Shown: in pieces, positions 7,705 to 16,337 of the stretch
How the letters are laid out: each line of letters starts with the position of its first letter
Position numbering within the stretch: position 1 is the stretch's first letter
NCBI GenBank assembly: GCA_913020725.1
Contig: CAJWCD010000021.1
Span: 1 to 32,321 of the forward strand
Direction: 5' to 3'
Origin: an uncultured Pseudomonadota bacterium
GTDB taxonomy: Bacteria > SAR324 > NAC60-12
DNA: 32,321 bases
The notes under the pieces: model-generated
What the model was told of the DNA's origin: nothing
The model's input: only the letters and a program-made list of their open reading frames with translations
The model's database searches: none
Made by a program: the position numbers and the translations under genes

Positions 7705-8033
7705 GCGAAGCGCAACACGAACGCCGAACGCCGATCAAGCGTCCGAATGTCCGGACCAATTTCTATCCGACCTACACCGATGGAGGGAAGGACAAGGTGG
7801 ATGCTGTGCGGGCGGTGCGGGGGACGAAGTTCCAGCAGGTGGTCCCGTACTACAACCTCTCCATGTCCGAAACCCGCAACGACGGCATGGGGCCGATGTT
7901 TGTGGAGGTGGAGCAGCACATCCCCGCCTACCGTGCTCAACAGCGGCGTCCACAAAAAGCCCCGGAACCGGAGCCGCTCTTCTCCCTACCCCGGCACCGC
8001 AAGAAAAAGGTGCGTCTCGATTTCTGGAGCTAA
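7701..8033 (+). CDS. Hypothetical protein (110 aa)
   Basis: ATGA overlap with the Uma2 stop; fills the gap before the convergent dapA. Confidence 0.6.
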   Translation: MSEAQHERRTPIKRPNVRTNFYPTYTDGGKDKVDAVRAVRGTKFQQVVPYYNLSMSETRNDGMGPMFVEVEQHIPAYRAQQRRPQKAPEPEPLFSLPRHRKKKVRLDFWS

Positions 8034-8051
8034 CCGCTCTGCGAACCAACC

Positions 8052-8957
8052 TCAGACCAGCGTGAAATCGCGGTCGTCCATCAAATTCAGTTCATTCCCC
8101 ACCCAATCCGATTTGTTGAGACTTGAGAGTAGGGCCAGCCCTTGCTCGCGTGCAGCTTTGTTCACCGGCACATAAGGCAGTCGGAAAACGGGCTGTGTGG
8201 CTCCCGTCATGGCGAGGAGCGTGTTGAGAGCGTTGGGACTGGGGACGTGAAAAAGCCACGCCATCAGTGGTTGGAGGCATTCGTTGAGCGAGGGATCGTC
8301 AGTGTCCATCAGTTTGCGCATCAGTCCCGGAACCACGTTGGCGATCACGGAAATCACACCGTGCGCCCCGTGTCGGTGGCGTCCCTCGAAGCACTGGTCG
8401 TCGTTTCCGGACCAGCAGGCAATGCCCTTGGACTCGTAATGCCCCATGCGCTCGTTGCCTGCGCATTCCTTCACGCCAAGCAAATTCGGATGCTGGGCGA
8501 GGTCTTCGATCAGCACAGGCTGGAGGTCCTGTCCGGTGCGACCGGGCACATTGTAGATGATTGTCGGGCCGAGATCGAGCACACGTTGGAAATGCTCGCG
8601 GAGTCCACGGTCGGAGGTTTTGCCGTAGTAGGGATTGATTTGCAGAGCGGCGTGCATTCCCACCGAGAAGCCGAAACGAGTCGCCCGGACGGCTTCACGG
8701 GTGTTGTTACTGCCTGTGTTGCCGACGATCAAGAGCCGATCTCCAAAGCGTTGCGCCGCATGAGCGATGAGCATCAACTCCTCCTCCCAGTCCATCAGGT
8801 GTCCCTCCCCGGTGGTTCCGGCGATGATCAAGCCTTCCACCCCTGCTGCAATCTGGGCCTCCACGAGTTGGTCGAAGGTGTCGATATCCATTTCCCCGTC
8901 TGAGGTGTACGGGGTCTTGATGGCGGTCATGAGACTAGCGGACTTGATGCGTTGCAT
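8052..8957 (-). CDS. dapA: 4-hydroxy-tetrahydrodipicolinate synthase
   Basis: TAIKTPY, GTTGEG, GNTGSN, INPYYGKTS, YNVPGRT, catalytic GVKEC, WSGNDD and GVISV motifs. Confidence 0.92.
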   Translation of the reverse strand: MQRIKSASLMTAIKTPYTSDGEMDIDTFDQLVEAQIAAGVEGLIIAGTTGEGHLMDWEEELMLIAHAAQRFGDRLLIVGNTGSNNTREAVRATRFGFSVGMHAALQINPYYGKTSDRGLREHFQRVLDLGPTIIYNVPGRTGQDLQPVLIEDLAQHPNLLGVKECAGNERMGHYESKGIACWSGNDDQCFEGRHRHGAHGVISVIANVVPGLMRKLMDTDDPSLNECLQPLMAWLFHVPSPNALNTLLAMTGATQPVFRLPYVPVNKAAREQGLALLSSLNKSDWVGNELNLMDDRDFTLV

Positions 8958-8978
8958 TTGGAATGGCTCGGCTGAGGT

Positions 8979-9437
8979 TCAGGGTGCTTTTTGCAGATGC
9001 GCTTCGTAGTAGCGCGAGTAGAGATTTCCGCGTTCCGGAAAGCGGATTCCATACACATTACTGCGAAGGCCCGGACGGAAAAAACTGTTTTCAACGACGC
9101 CGACCCATTGATCGGTGAGATGCTTGGGGAGCATGATCTGGATGCGGTCGCCCTCCTGAAACTGTGGGTTGATCGCCTTGGGCATGGGGCAGACCGGCTT
9201 GTAGCTCGCCGTGTCCCCGTAGCAAATCCAAGAGGCGCGAATGGTCACGCCCAGACGCTCCGGACCCCCATACGCAGCAATGTAGTCGGACGGTGAAAAT
9301 GCTGTGATGAGCTTTTGGGAAATATTACTGACGCGATCAAACACCTCCAACTCGTAGGCACGGTACTCCGCCTGCGCAAGCGTTGCCGAAAGCAGGAGCA
9401 CTCCCAGCACAACAATGCCGAAGGCACGGGTGATCAT
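8979..9437 (-). CDS. Hypothetical exported protein
   Basis: Signal peptide ending LAQA; two Cys; ATGA overlap with the upstream gene. Confidence 0.7.
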   Translation of the reverse strand: MITRAFGIVVLGVLLLSATLAQAEYRAYELEVFDRVSNISQKLITAFSPSDYIAAYGGPERLGVTIRASWICYGDTASYKPVCPMPKAINPQFQEGDRIQIMLPKHLTDQWVGVVENSFFRPGLRSNVYGIRFPERGNLYSRYYEAHLQKAP

Positions 9438-10273
9438 CGCATGGTCCCCTCAAAGCTCGCACCCTCAAACACGGTGTCGTGTTCGTAAATCCCGGACATC
9501 CCTGCTCCGTTGAAATTGCTGCTGGTGAAGTCGGCAAAGGAGAAGTTGGCGTTGTCGAGCGTCGCGTCCTGAAACAGCGCCTCCGTCCCTTGGGCGTGAA
9601 CGAGCAGCGAGGATGTCAGGTCGGTCATGTTGAAGCGTGCGTGATGCAAGGTCGCCGCAAACAGGGAGGCGTTCTCGAGCCGGCACTCCTCCAGCAAGGC
9701 CGCTGTGAGGTCACAAAAATTGAGGATTGCCCCAGTCAGCAGAGACGCCCGGAGGTGTGATCCGATGAAGTGTGATCCGCTGAAGTCCGCATTTGCTGCC
9801 AGCAGTTCTTTCGCGTCACAGGCGCTGAAATCGCAGATTTGCAGCTTGGCTCCTCCTAGCAGAACGTTGTGCAGCACCGCCTGAGAGAAATTGGAGAGGT
9901 GCCCTTTGACGTTCAGCATCACGGATTTCACAAGGCGGCAGCCGCTCATGTTAGTCCGGACGAGTGTGCTGTTCCGCAGATTGGCTTCCGTCAGGTCGCT
10001 GTCCTGCAGATTGGTGTCGCTAAGGTCGCATTCAACGATTGCAGATTCCCGGAGACTGGTTCCGCGCATCTCACAGTGGCTGAGGTTGCACGCTTCAAAG
10101 CGAGTGTAGCTCATGGGGATGCCGTTGAAGGTGCTGCCCTCCAGCTTGCACTTCCGGAAGTCGCCGCCATCGAGGTTCATTTCCTCGAAGTGCAACCCGC
10201 TGAGGTCCATCTCTTTGAGAACTTCGCGGCGTTTCACACGCCGCTGCACTTCGACCTTGGTGATCTCGGCCAT
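9434..10273 (-). CDS. Pentapeptide repeat protein
   Basis: Continuous 5-residue periodicity (CNLSH, CDLSD, ANLRN, ADFSG, ANFSF, ADFTS). Confidence 0.9.
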   Translation of the reverse strand: MAEITKVEVQRRVKRREVLKEMDLSGLHFEEMNLDGGDFRKCKLEGSTFNGIPMSYTRFEACNLSHCEMRGTSLRESAIVECDLSDTNLQDSDLTEANLRNSTLVRTNMSGCRLVKSVMLNVKGHLSNFSQAVLHNVLLGGAKLQICDFSACDAKELLAANADFSGSHFIGSHLRASLLTGAILNFCDLTAALLEECRLENASLFAATLHHARFNMTDLTSSLLVHAQGTEALFQDATLDNANFSFADFTSSNFNGAGMSGIYEHDTVFEGASFEGTMR

Positions 10274-10296
10274 CGCATTCAGTCAGTTAGGATTGC

Positions 10297-11946
10297 TTAG
10301 AGAAGCATCCGAGGAAAGTGTCGTTGGTGCTTCTCTAACAGATCGCCACAAGGCCGGGATTGAATCCCGCTCTGCTCAAAGAAGTACGCGACCTTTGTCG
10401 CCGGAGTGAGGACATTGTAGCGCATGCGGCGGACATTGATCGCCGTTCCCGGCTGCACCTTGTTGGTGACAAAAACGATGCCGCCGTCCATCTCATTGTT
10501 GAGCTGGTTGATGTCGTTTTGCAACTCCAGTTTGCGGATGTCATTGAAAAGTCCCCGTAGATTTTTGCGAAGGCCGCTGACCTGCTCCTGAAGCGCCTCC
10601 GGATCGTCCGGAAGCTGCTGGTTCTTGAAGCGTTCCAATGTCTCCCCAAACTCCTTGTGGCGGTCTTCAAACTGCATGTGGGATTTTTGCAGGCTCTCCT
10701 TGAGGGTGTTGAAACTTTTCCGGGCGTTGATGGAAATGCCCGCATCAAGGAATGTCTGGGGGGGCTGCTCTTCAGAATCCTCCGGTTGGTCTTCCGGAAG
10801 TTCTTCTCCGATGTTGGGAATCCAGAGCAGATTGCCCGCCTGGAGTGTGCCTCCGGAGGCATAGCCGCGCTCACCCACGATCCGCAGGGTGTCGCCGGCA
10901 AACACCTTAGAGTCGCTGATGTAGTCCATCACCAGCACGTTCTCCACCGCGCTCACCTGTGCATCGTCCATAGATTGGGCCAGCACCGATCCCCCCGCCT
11001 GCACCACGCTTCCGACAATCCCCTGTTTCACCCGGATGTCGCCGCTGGCCCGCAGCTTGGCCTTGCCCACCGAGCCACCCACGTCAATCCGGGTGGCCTC
11101 GACACTGTAGCGGTCGGAGACACTGCCCTTGATTTTCAGGATACCGTCAAAACGGATGTGTCCCGTGCTGGCGTCCACCTTGTCGATGACCTTGACATCC
11201 TCCACCGAAAGGGTGGAGCCGAACTGGCAGAGCGCACCCTCCTTGGTGGCGATGATGGCGGTGCGGTCGTCGTTGTAGCGCGTGTTGCGTCCGGGACGGA
11301 TGCGATAGGTTTTGCCGCTGAACGCCGTGATCGCCTTGCCGGTGATGGTGAAGCCATCCGCCCCTGCAGTGGACGGAGTGAGTTTGACGAGCGTGTCTCC
11401 GGCCTTGACCTCTTGCAGCATCGGCATTTCCCGGAGATTTACCTGCACTCCGGGCTTGGGACGCGAAGCTTCCTTGAGGAAGGACATCTCGGCCCAGCCA
11501 TCCTGCCCATGCACGGGCACCCGGCCTTGCGCGACGACGGTGGGTTCGTAATGCACTTGCTCGCCAATCATGCGCTGAATCGTGTCTTTTTCGATGCCTT
11601 GCTGAATGCCCTGCTCCTTGAGGGCATCCAAACAACGCTCAAGCGTGACGGGCTGGGTCGGTTCCTCCGGCGGGACGATGTTCAGGAACACTTGCGACTC
11701 GTCCTCGTTCATCTCGACCAAGACGATGAACTCGGTGGTCTTCTCATCGCAGAGGTACTCGAAGTTCCCGGAGGTGTTCTCGAAAACTTCCAGCAGGGTT
11801 TCAGGCAGGTAGTCCGCCCCCATGACGTGCAAATCCGTTTGGATCTCGTCCAAATCCGGAACCTCTGCTCCCACGAGTTGGGGAGGCACCCGCAGCAAAA
11901 TCTTACTGTCGGAAATGGAAATCTTGTAAAGCTCGGCCTTGGCCAT
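10297..11946 (-). CDS. FapA family (DUF342) flagellar assembly protein
   Basis: L...GI..GI, VAQG..PVHGQDG, VKAGDTL, G.DG.TITG, VDASTGHIRFDG, beta-helix G.I.V repeats, coiled coil, V.PGT.I. Confidence 0.85.
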   Translation of the reverse strand: MAKAELYKISISDSKILLRVPPQLVGAEVPDLDEIQTDLHVMGADYLPETLLEVFENTSGNFEYLCDEKTTEFIVLVEMNEDESQVFLNIVPPEEPTQPVTLERCLDALKEQGIQQGIEKDTIQRMIGEQVHYEPTVVAQGRVPVHGQDGWAEMSFLKEASRPKPGVQVNLREMPMLQEVKAGDTLVKLTPSTAGADGFTITGKAITAFSGKTYRIRPGRNTRYNDDRTAIIATKEGALCQFGSTLSVEDVKVIDKVDASTGHIRFDGILKIKGSVSDRYSVEATRIDVGGSVGKAKLRASGDIRVKQGIVGSVVQAGGSVLAQSMDDAQVSAVENVLVMDYISDSKVFAGDTLRIVGERGYASGGTLQAGNLLWIPNIGEELPEDQPEDSEEQPPQTFLDAGISINARKSFNTLKESLQKSHMQFEDRHKEFGETLERFKNQQLPDDPEALQEQVSGLRKNLRGLFNDIRKLELQNDINQLNNEMDGGIVFVTNKVQPGTAINVRRMRYNVLTPATKVAYFFEQSGIQSRPCGDLLEKHQRHFPRMLL

Positions 11947-11964
11947 GTCGCGTGTGCCTTTGGA

Positions 11965-12738
11965 TCAGCTTGTAGCAGTGAGCAGGGCATCCCGTTCGTC
12001 TTGGCTGAGTCGCCGTGATTCTCCGGGGTTCATCTCTCCCAGTGTCAGTGTCCCGATCCGGAAGCGCTTGATCTTGAGGACCGGATAGCCGACGCGCAGG
12101 AGCATCTTTTTGATCTGCTGATTGGTGCCCTCCCGGAGCGAGACCTCCAGCCACGTCTTGTCGTTGATAAAGTGCAGCACTTTCACTTTCGCGGGTTGGC
12201 GCCGCCGCTCCTCAAGGGTGATGCCCTGACGAATGGGAGCCAGTTGCGCGTCTTCCACTCTGCCCTTGACCTTCACAAAGTAACTCTTCCAGACCTTGAA
12301 CTTGGGGTGCATGAGTTGGTTCGCCAACTCCCCGTCGTTGGTGACGAAGATCAGCCCTTCGGCATCATAATCCAAGCGCCCCACCGGAAACAACCGCCGA
12401 TTGGTTTTTGGAAAGAACTCCCGAATGGTGGTCCGGCCTTGCGGGTCATGGAGGGAGGTGATGCAATTCTTGGGCTTGTAGAGCGCATAAACCTCCTGAT
12501 CCCTGGCCTGCGCGATGCGGACGCGCTCGCCATCCACTTCAAGCACATCCACTTCTGGAACCATTTGTGTGCCCAACACCAAGACGGTTTTGCCGTTGAG
12601 CGTCACGCGCCCCGCCTGAATCAACTCTTCGGCACTGCGTCGCGATGCGATTCCGGCCTGAGCGATCACCTTCTGAAGCCGGACCCGGGTTTTGGGAGTG
12701 GTTTTGGAAGACGATTTTGATTTCGCTGAAGTGCTCAT
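11965..12738 (-). CDS. rluB: rRNA pseudouridine synthase (RluB/RsuA family)
   Basis: S4 domain RLQKVIAQAGIASRR.AEELI..GRV; catalytic PVGRLDY..EGL..TNDG; EG.N.QI. Confidence 0.88.
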   Translation of the reverse strand: MSTSAKSKSSSKTTPKTRVRLQKVIAQAGIASRRSAEELIQAGRVTLNGKTVLVLGTQMVPEVDVLEVDGERVRIAQARDQEVYALYKPKNCITSLHDPQGRTTIREFFPKTNRRLFPVGRLDYDAEGLIFVTNDGELANQLMHPKFKVWKSYFVKVKGRVEDAQLAPIRQGITLEERRRQPAKVKVLHFINDKTWLEVSLREGTNQQIKKMLLRVGYPVLKIKRFRIGTLTLGEMNPGESRRLSQDERDALLTATS

Positions 12739-13460
12739 CCGGCCTTGCTGGATTCTTGTTGTAGTTGAGTCAGGGCTGTTCTGGCTGCCGTTTGACTCGC
12801 CTCCTTCTTGCTGGTGCCTTTCCCGCGCCCGTACTCCCGGTTGTTGATGAGAACGGCCATCTCAAATTCCTTCTCATGGTCCGGACCTTCCGCTCCGACA
12901 AGCTCGTAAAGGCACAGGGTGCTGAGCAGCTTTTGCGCTAGTTCCTGTAATTCGGACTTGTAGTCGCGGGAAATGAACGCGGAGGACTCCTTGGGAAGTT
13001 CCTCATCAAAAAGTTGTTCGACCACCCGAGCCGTTTTTTCAACGCCGCCCTCGGAGCGGCTGTCGAGGTAGAGCGCAGCAATCACTGCCTCCAAGGCATC
13101 GGCGAGCAACGAAGGCTTCTCGCGGCCTCCGGTCATTTCCTCCCCTCGTCCAAGACGCAGGAACACGCCGAGATCAAGGCGAGTGGCGATGCGGCTGAGG
13201 AGGGCTTCGTTGACAAGGCTCGCCCGGAACTTCGAGAGTCCCCCCTCGTCAAGGTCCGGGAAGCGTTCCATCAGCAACTCGCTCACCAACAGGTCCAGCA
13301 CCGCGTCGCCAAGAAACTCCAGCCGTTCGTTGTTGGGCCGGAATTTCCCATCAAACTCGAAGGGTACAGACTTGTGGGTCAGCGCCTGCTCCAGCAATTC
13401 CGGATGCCGGAACCGATGGCCGAGGCGCTTGGCAAAGCGGTCGAGATCGTTGGTGGGCAT
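12735..13460 (-). CDS. rnc: Ribonuclease III
   Basis: ALTHKS, NNERLEFLGDAVL, ADALEAVIAALYLD and dsRBD DYKSELQE...GPDH.K.F...GTSKKEASQ; start ATG 13460. Confidence 0.96.
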   Translation of the reverse strand: MPTNDLDRFAKRLGHRFRHPELLEQALTHKSVPFEFDGKFRPNNERLEFLGDAVLDLLVSELLMERFPDLDEGGLSKFRASLVNEALLSRIATRLDLGVFLRLGRGEEMTGGREKPSLLADALEAVIAALYLDSRSEGGVEKTARVVEQLFDEELPKESSAFISRDYKSELQELAQKLLSTLCLYELVGAEGPDHEKEFEMAVLINNREYGRGKGTSKKEASQTAARTALTQLQQESSKAG

Positions 13461-13464
13461 GAAA

Positions 13465-13806
13465 TCAACGCCTGCGCCGCTTGCACCACGCCCGCACCGT
13501 CTGCTGGTGGAGGGCACCAAGCGTGGTGGTTTGAATGAGGACGTCAATCGGTCCCTGCCGGACCTCCAGCTTAGACACTCCACTGGGGCACAACTCGCGC
13601 AGTGCCACCGGAGGTTCCAGCCGGAAAGCACCGCCCACCACGGAAAGATCACGGGTTTCTGCGTCCGGAGTGGAGTGCAGGCGATCAGAGTTGTGATAGA
13701 GTTGAACGGTGTAGCAACCGGAGAGCAGGACGGCTCCTAAGACAACGGGCACAAGTCGCACCGCGCCCGTTGTCGTGGGCAGTGCCGGGAGATTGAAATT
13801 GATCAT
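13465..13806 (-). CDS. Bor/Iss-like lipoprotein
   Basis: Lipobox LSGC; pattern C.SG.V..EV.Q...D.LI...TLG......V..WC resembles the Bor family. Confidence 0.6.
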   Translation of the reverse strand: MINFNLPALPTTTGAVRLVPVVLGAVLLSGCYTVQLYHNSDRLHSTPDAETRDLSVVGGAFRLEPPVALRELCPSGVSKLEVRQGPIDVLIQTTTLGALHQQTVRAWCKRRRR

Positions 13807-13915
13807 TTCCGGAAAATCTGGTCTGCTTAAGAAATTGTCCTGTCTACCTGCCAAAGCGACAAGCACCTACTTTTGCTGAAAAATGCTCCCTTTTACTATT
13901 CCAAGATTCGCTTGT

Positions 13916-14686
13916 ATGACAAGTTTTATTGACACCCACTGCCACTTGGATCGGCTCGCCCTCACCCCAAAAGCAGCAGTGGAGCAAGCTCAGGATGCCG
14001 GAGTGAGAACTGTAGTGACGATTGCGGTGGACGCGGAATCCGTTGATTTTGTAGACGGTTTCACTCAGGCGCATCCGGAAGTCTTTGGCAGCCTTGGGGT
14101 GCATCCGCACGATGCCAAGGACTATACCGAGTCGCTGGGTGCGGAAATTCAAGCGCGCGTGCAGCGCAACCCGAAGATTCGGGCCATGGGGGAAATGGGG
14201 CTGGACTACCACTACAACTTCTCAGAGGCCGAAATCCAGCAGACGGTGTTCCGGAAGCAACTCCAGAGTGCTGAAATGCTCCGGCTTCCGGTGGTGTTGC
14301 ACACTCGTGAAGCCGAGCAGGACACCCTCCGGATTCTGGAGGAGCATCCGGTCTCCCGGAAAGGCGTTGCCCACAGTTTCACGGGGTCACAGGAAATGGC
14401 GGATGCACTGCTGGCGATGGGCTGGTTCATCGGCATCAACGGCATCGTCACTTTCAAGAACGCCGAAGCACTCCGGAAAGTGGTGCATTCCCTTCCGCTC
14501 GACCGCCTTTTGCTGGAAACGGACGCTCCGTACCTGACGCCAGTGCCGTTCCGAGGCAAGCCCAACTCGCCCGCGCAGGTTCCAGTGATCGCGGAGTTTC
14601 TTGCCGAAGACTTGGGAATTCCGGTCGCGCAACTCGCCGCACAGACCTCCGAAAACGCGAGGCGCTTGTTCGCGTTACCTGCGTGA
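13916..14686 (+). CDS. tatD: TatD family hydrolase
   Basis: IDTHCHLD, GVHPH, GEMGLDY, LHTREA, HSFTG and LLETDAPYL motifs. Confidence 0.93.
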   Translation: MTSFIDTHCHLDRLALTPKAAVEQAQDAGVRTVVTIAVDAESVDFVDGFTQAHPEVFGSLGVHPHDAKDYTESLGAEIQARVQRNPKIRAMGEMGLDYHYNFSEAEIQQTVFRKQLQSAEMLRLPVVLHTREAEQDTLRILEEHPVSRKGVAHSFTGSQEMADALLAMGWFIGINGIVTFKNAEALRKVVHSLPLDRLLLETDAPYLTPVPFRGKPNSPAQVPVIAEFLAEDLGIPVAQLAAQTSENARRLFALPA

Positions 14687-14700
14687 GCGTCAAGCAGGGT

Positions 14701-14730
14701 TTGGCATTTCTGCCCGGATTGCGGTATGCT
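14701..14730 (+). promoter_or_regulatory. Possible sigma70 promoter for motAB
   Basis: TTGGCA-N18-TATGCT, 80 bp upstream of motA. Confidence 0.3.
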
Positions 14731-14810
14731 CTACGGGAATGTCACGGATATTGCTTGCCTCCAGAACTCAGAGGTATGTCTGATCACGCCATTGCTCACT
14801 AGGAACACAG

Positions 14811-15632
14811 ATGGAACAAGGAACACTCATTGGAACAATTTTGGCTTGGCTGATGTTGCTGATGGCCATGGCCTTTGATTTCACCACCTTTCAGCTCAAG
14901 CTGGGGAACCTCCAATACTTCGTGGATGCCCCGTCCCTGATGATCGTCTTTGGAGGCACCATCGCTTCCACCCTCATCGCCCACCCAATGGGGGACGCCA
15001 AAGGGCAGTTCGGCTATGTCGGGCAATCTTGGAAGCCCAGTACAGTGCAGACGGTGGAAACCCTGACCCTGATTGTGGACGTTGCCAAAATTGCCCGCAA
15101 AAACATCCTCGCCATTGAGGACGCCCTGCCCAGCATCGAAAACCTCTACCTGCGAGGCGGGCTTCGGTTGGTGGTGGACCGTGTGGAACGCGAGAACATC
15201 AACGACATGATGGCGCACGAGATGAAATACACGATGGCTGGGAAGGATACCGCAATAAACGTAGTTGGAACAATGGCCTCTCTGTGCCCTGCATGGGGGA
15301 TGCTGGGGACACTGGTTGGACTGGTCCTGCTCCTGCAAAACCTCGATGACCCTTCCGCGATCGGACCAGCCATGGCCGTTGCATTGATTACAACCTTTTA
15401 CGGTTCGCTGTTTGCTAACACCATCTTCTCTCCAGCCAAAACTAAGCTCTCCCAGTATGCAGCTGATGAGAAGGTTCTCATGGAAATGATCAAGGACGGT
15501 GTCCTCTACATTGAAGGCGGGCAGCGTCCAGACTTTATCGAAAGCGACCTGATGAACTACTTGCCACCGGACAAGAAAAAGATGTACGAAGCCCTCAAGT
15601 TCGAGAGCGGCGGCGGTGAAGGCGGCGGTTGA
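14811..15632 (+). CDS. motA: Flagellar stator A subunit (MotA/PomA)
   Basis: DAPSLMIVFGGT, ARKN.LA.E, PAWGMLGTLVGLV, LDDPSAIGPAMAVALITTFYG and ANTIF.P...KL motifs. Confidence 0.93.
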   Translation: MEQGTLIGTILAWLMLLMAMAFDFTTFQLKLGNLQYFVDAPSLMIVFGGTIASTLIAHPMGDAKGQFGYVGQSWKPSTVQTVETLTLIVDVAKIARKNILAIEDALPSIENLYLRGGLRLVVDRVERENINDMMAHEMKYTMAGKDTAINVVGTMASLCPAWGMLGTLVGLVLLLQNLDDPSAIGPAMAVALITTFYGSLFANTIFSPAKTKLSQYAADEKVLMEMIKDGVLYIEGGQRPDFIESDLMNYLPPDKKKMYEALKFESGGGEGGG

Positions 15633-15653
15633 TCCTCTAGAGTTGGAGTCGGC

Positions 15654-16310
15654 ATGGGCCAGATGATTGATGAGGAGGATTGCGAGATCTGTGTGCCGTT
15701 CGAGCAGGAGTGGATCTTTACCTACGGCGATCTGGTCACCCTCTTGCTCTGCTTCTTCATCCTGCTCTTCTCGATGTGCCGGACAGACGTGAATAAGCTC
15801 ATTCAGGTTTCTGAAAGCTTCAAGTCCCAGCCTCCCGGAAGCCCCTTCGTCTTCAAAGGTCGCAGTTCCCAGCAGGATAAAATCAAGCAAGACTTGGAGC
15901 AGGTTGAGATGCCGGACGATGTCACCGTCCGGGCCTCAAAGGGTGGGGTGGAGGTTGCGTTCAACAAGGTTGTCGCGTTCGACCAAGGCTCCACCGAGTT
16001 GAAGCAAGAAATCAAGCAGGTGATTGACGGAACTCTGGCAATCATTGGAGTGATGCAGAACGACATCCTCATCTCCGGACACACGGACTCATCCGACACC
16101 AACCCGAAATACCCCTCAAGCTGGGAGATGTCCGTCGCCCGTGCCAGCGTGATCGCCGCTTATCTGGAAACCAAGGAGATTCCGGCCAAGCGTATCCAGG
16201 TCGCGGGGTTCGGAGACTCTCGGCCCCGGTTCCATGCGGATACTCCGTACAAGCGCAGCCTCAACCGGCGGGTGGAGATCGTTCTGCTTCCGGAAGACCA
16301 GACACGCTGA
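15654..16310 (+). CDS. motB: Flagellar stator B subunit, paralogue 1
   Basis: W..TYGDLVTLLLCFFILL TM with the essential Asp; OmpA-like domain GHTD, WEMS.ARA, GFG..RP, NRRVEI. Confidence 0.9.
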   Translation: MGQMIDEEDCEICVPFEQEWIFTYGDLVTLLLCFFILLFSMCRTDVNKLIQVSESFKSQPPGSPFVFKGRSSQQDKIKQDLEQVEMPDDVTVRASKGGVEVAFNKVVAFDQGSTELKQEIKQVIDGTLAIIGVMQNDILISGHTDSSDTNPKYPSSWEMSVARASVIAAYLETKEIPAKRIQVAGFGDSRPRFHADTPYKRSLNRRVEIVLLPEDQTR

Positions 16311-16337
16311 TTCCACGCATTATCCTGAGCGGAACCT

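Noticed and set aside
10657..12018. Long antisense ORFs (also 14799-15890, 19736-20611, 20536-21441, 29302-30270)
   Set aside because: Shadow ORFs opposite well-supported genes in GC-rich DNA, with no recognisable motifs.
14740..14755. Sigma54 promoter TGTCACGGATATTGCT upstream of motA
   Set aside because: Matches the consensus except at the near-invariant -24 GG (GT here), so not called.
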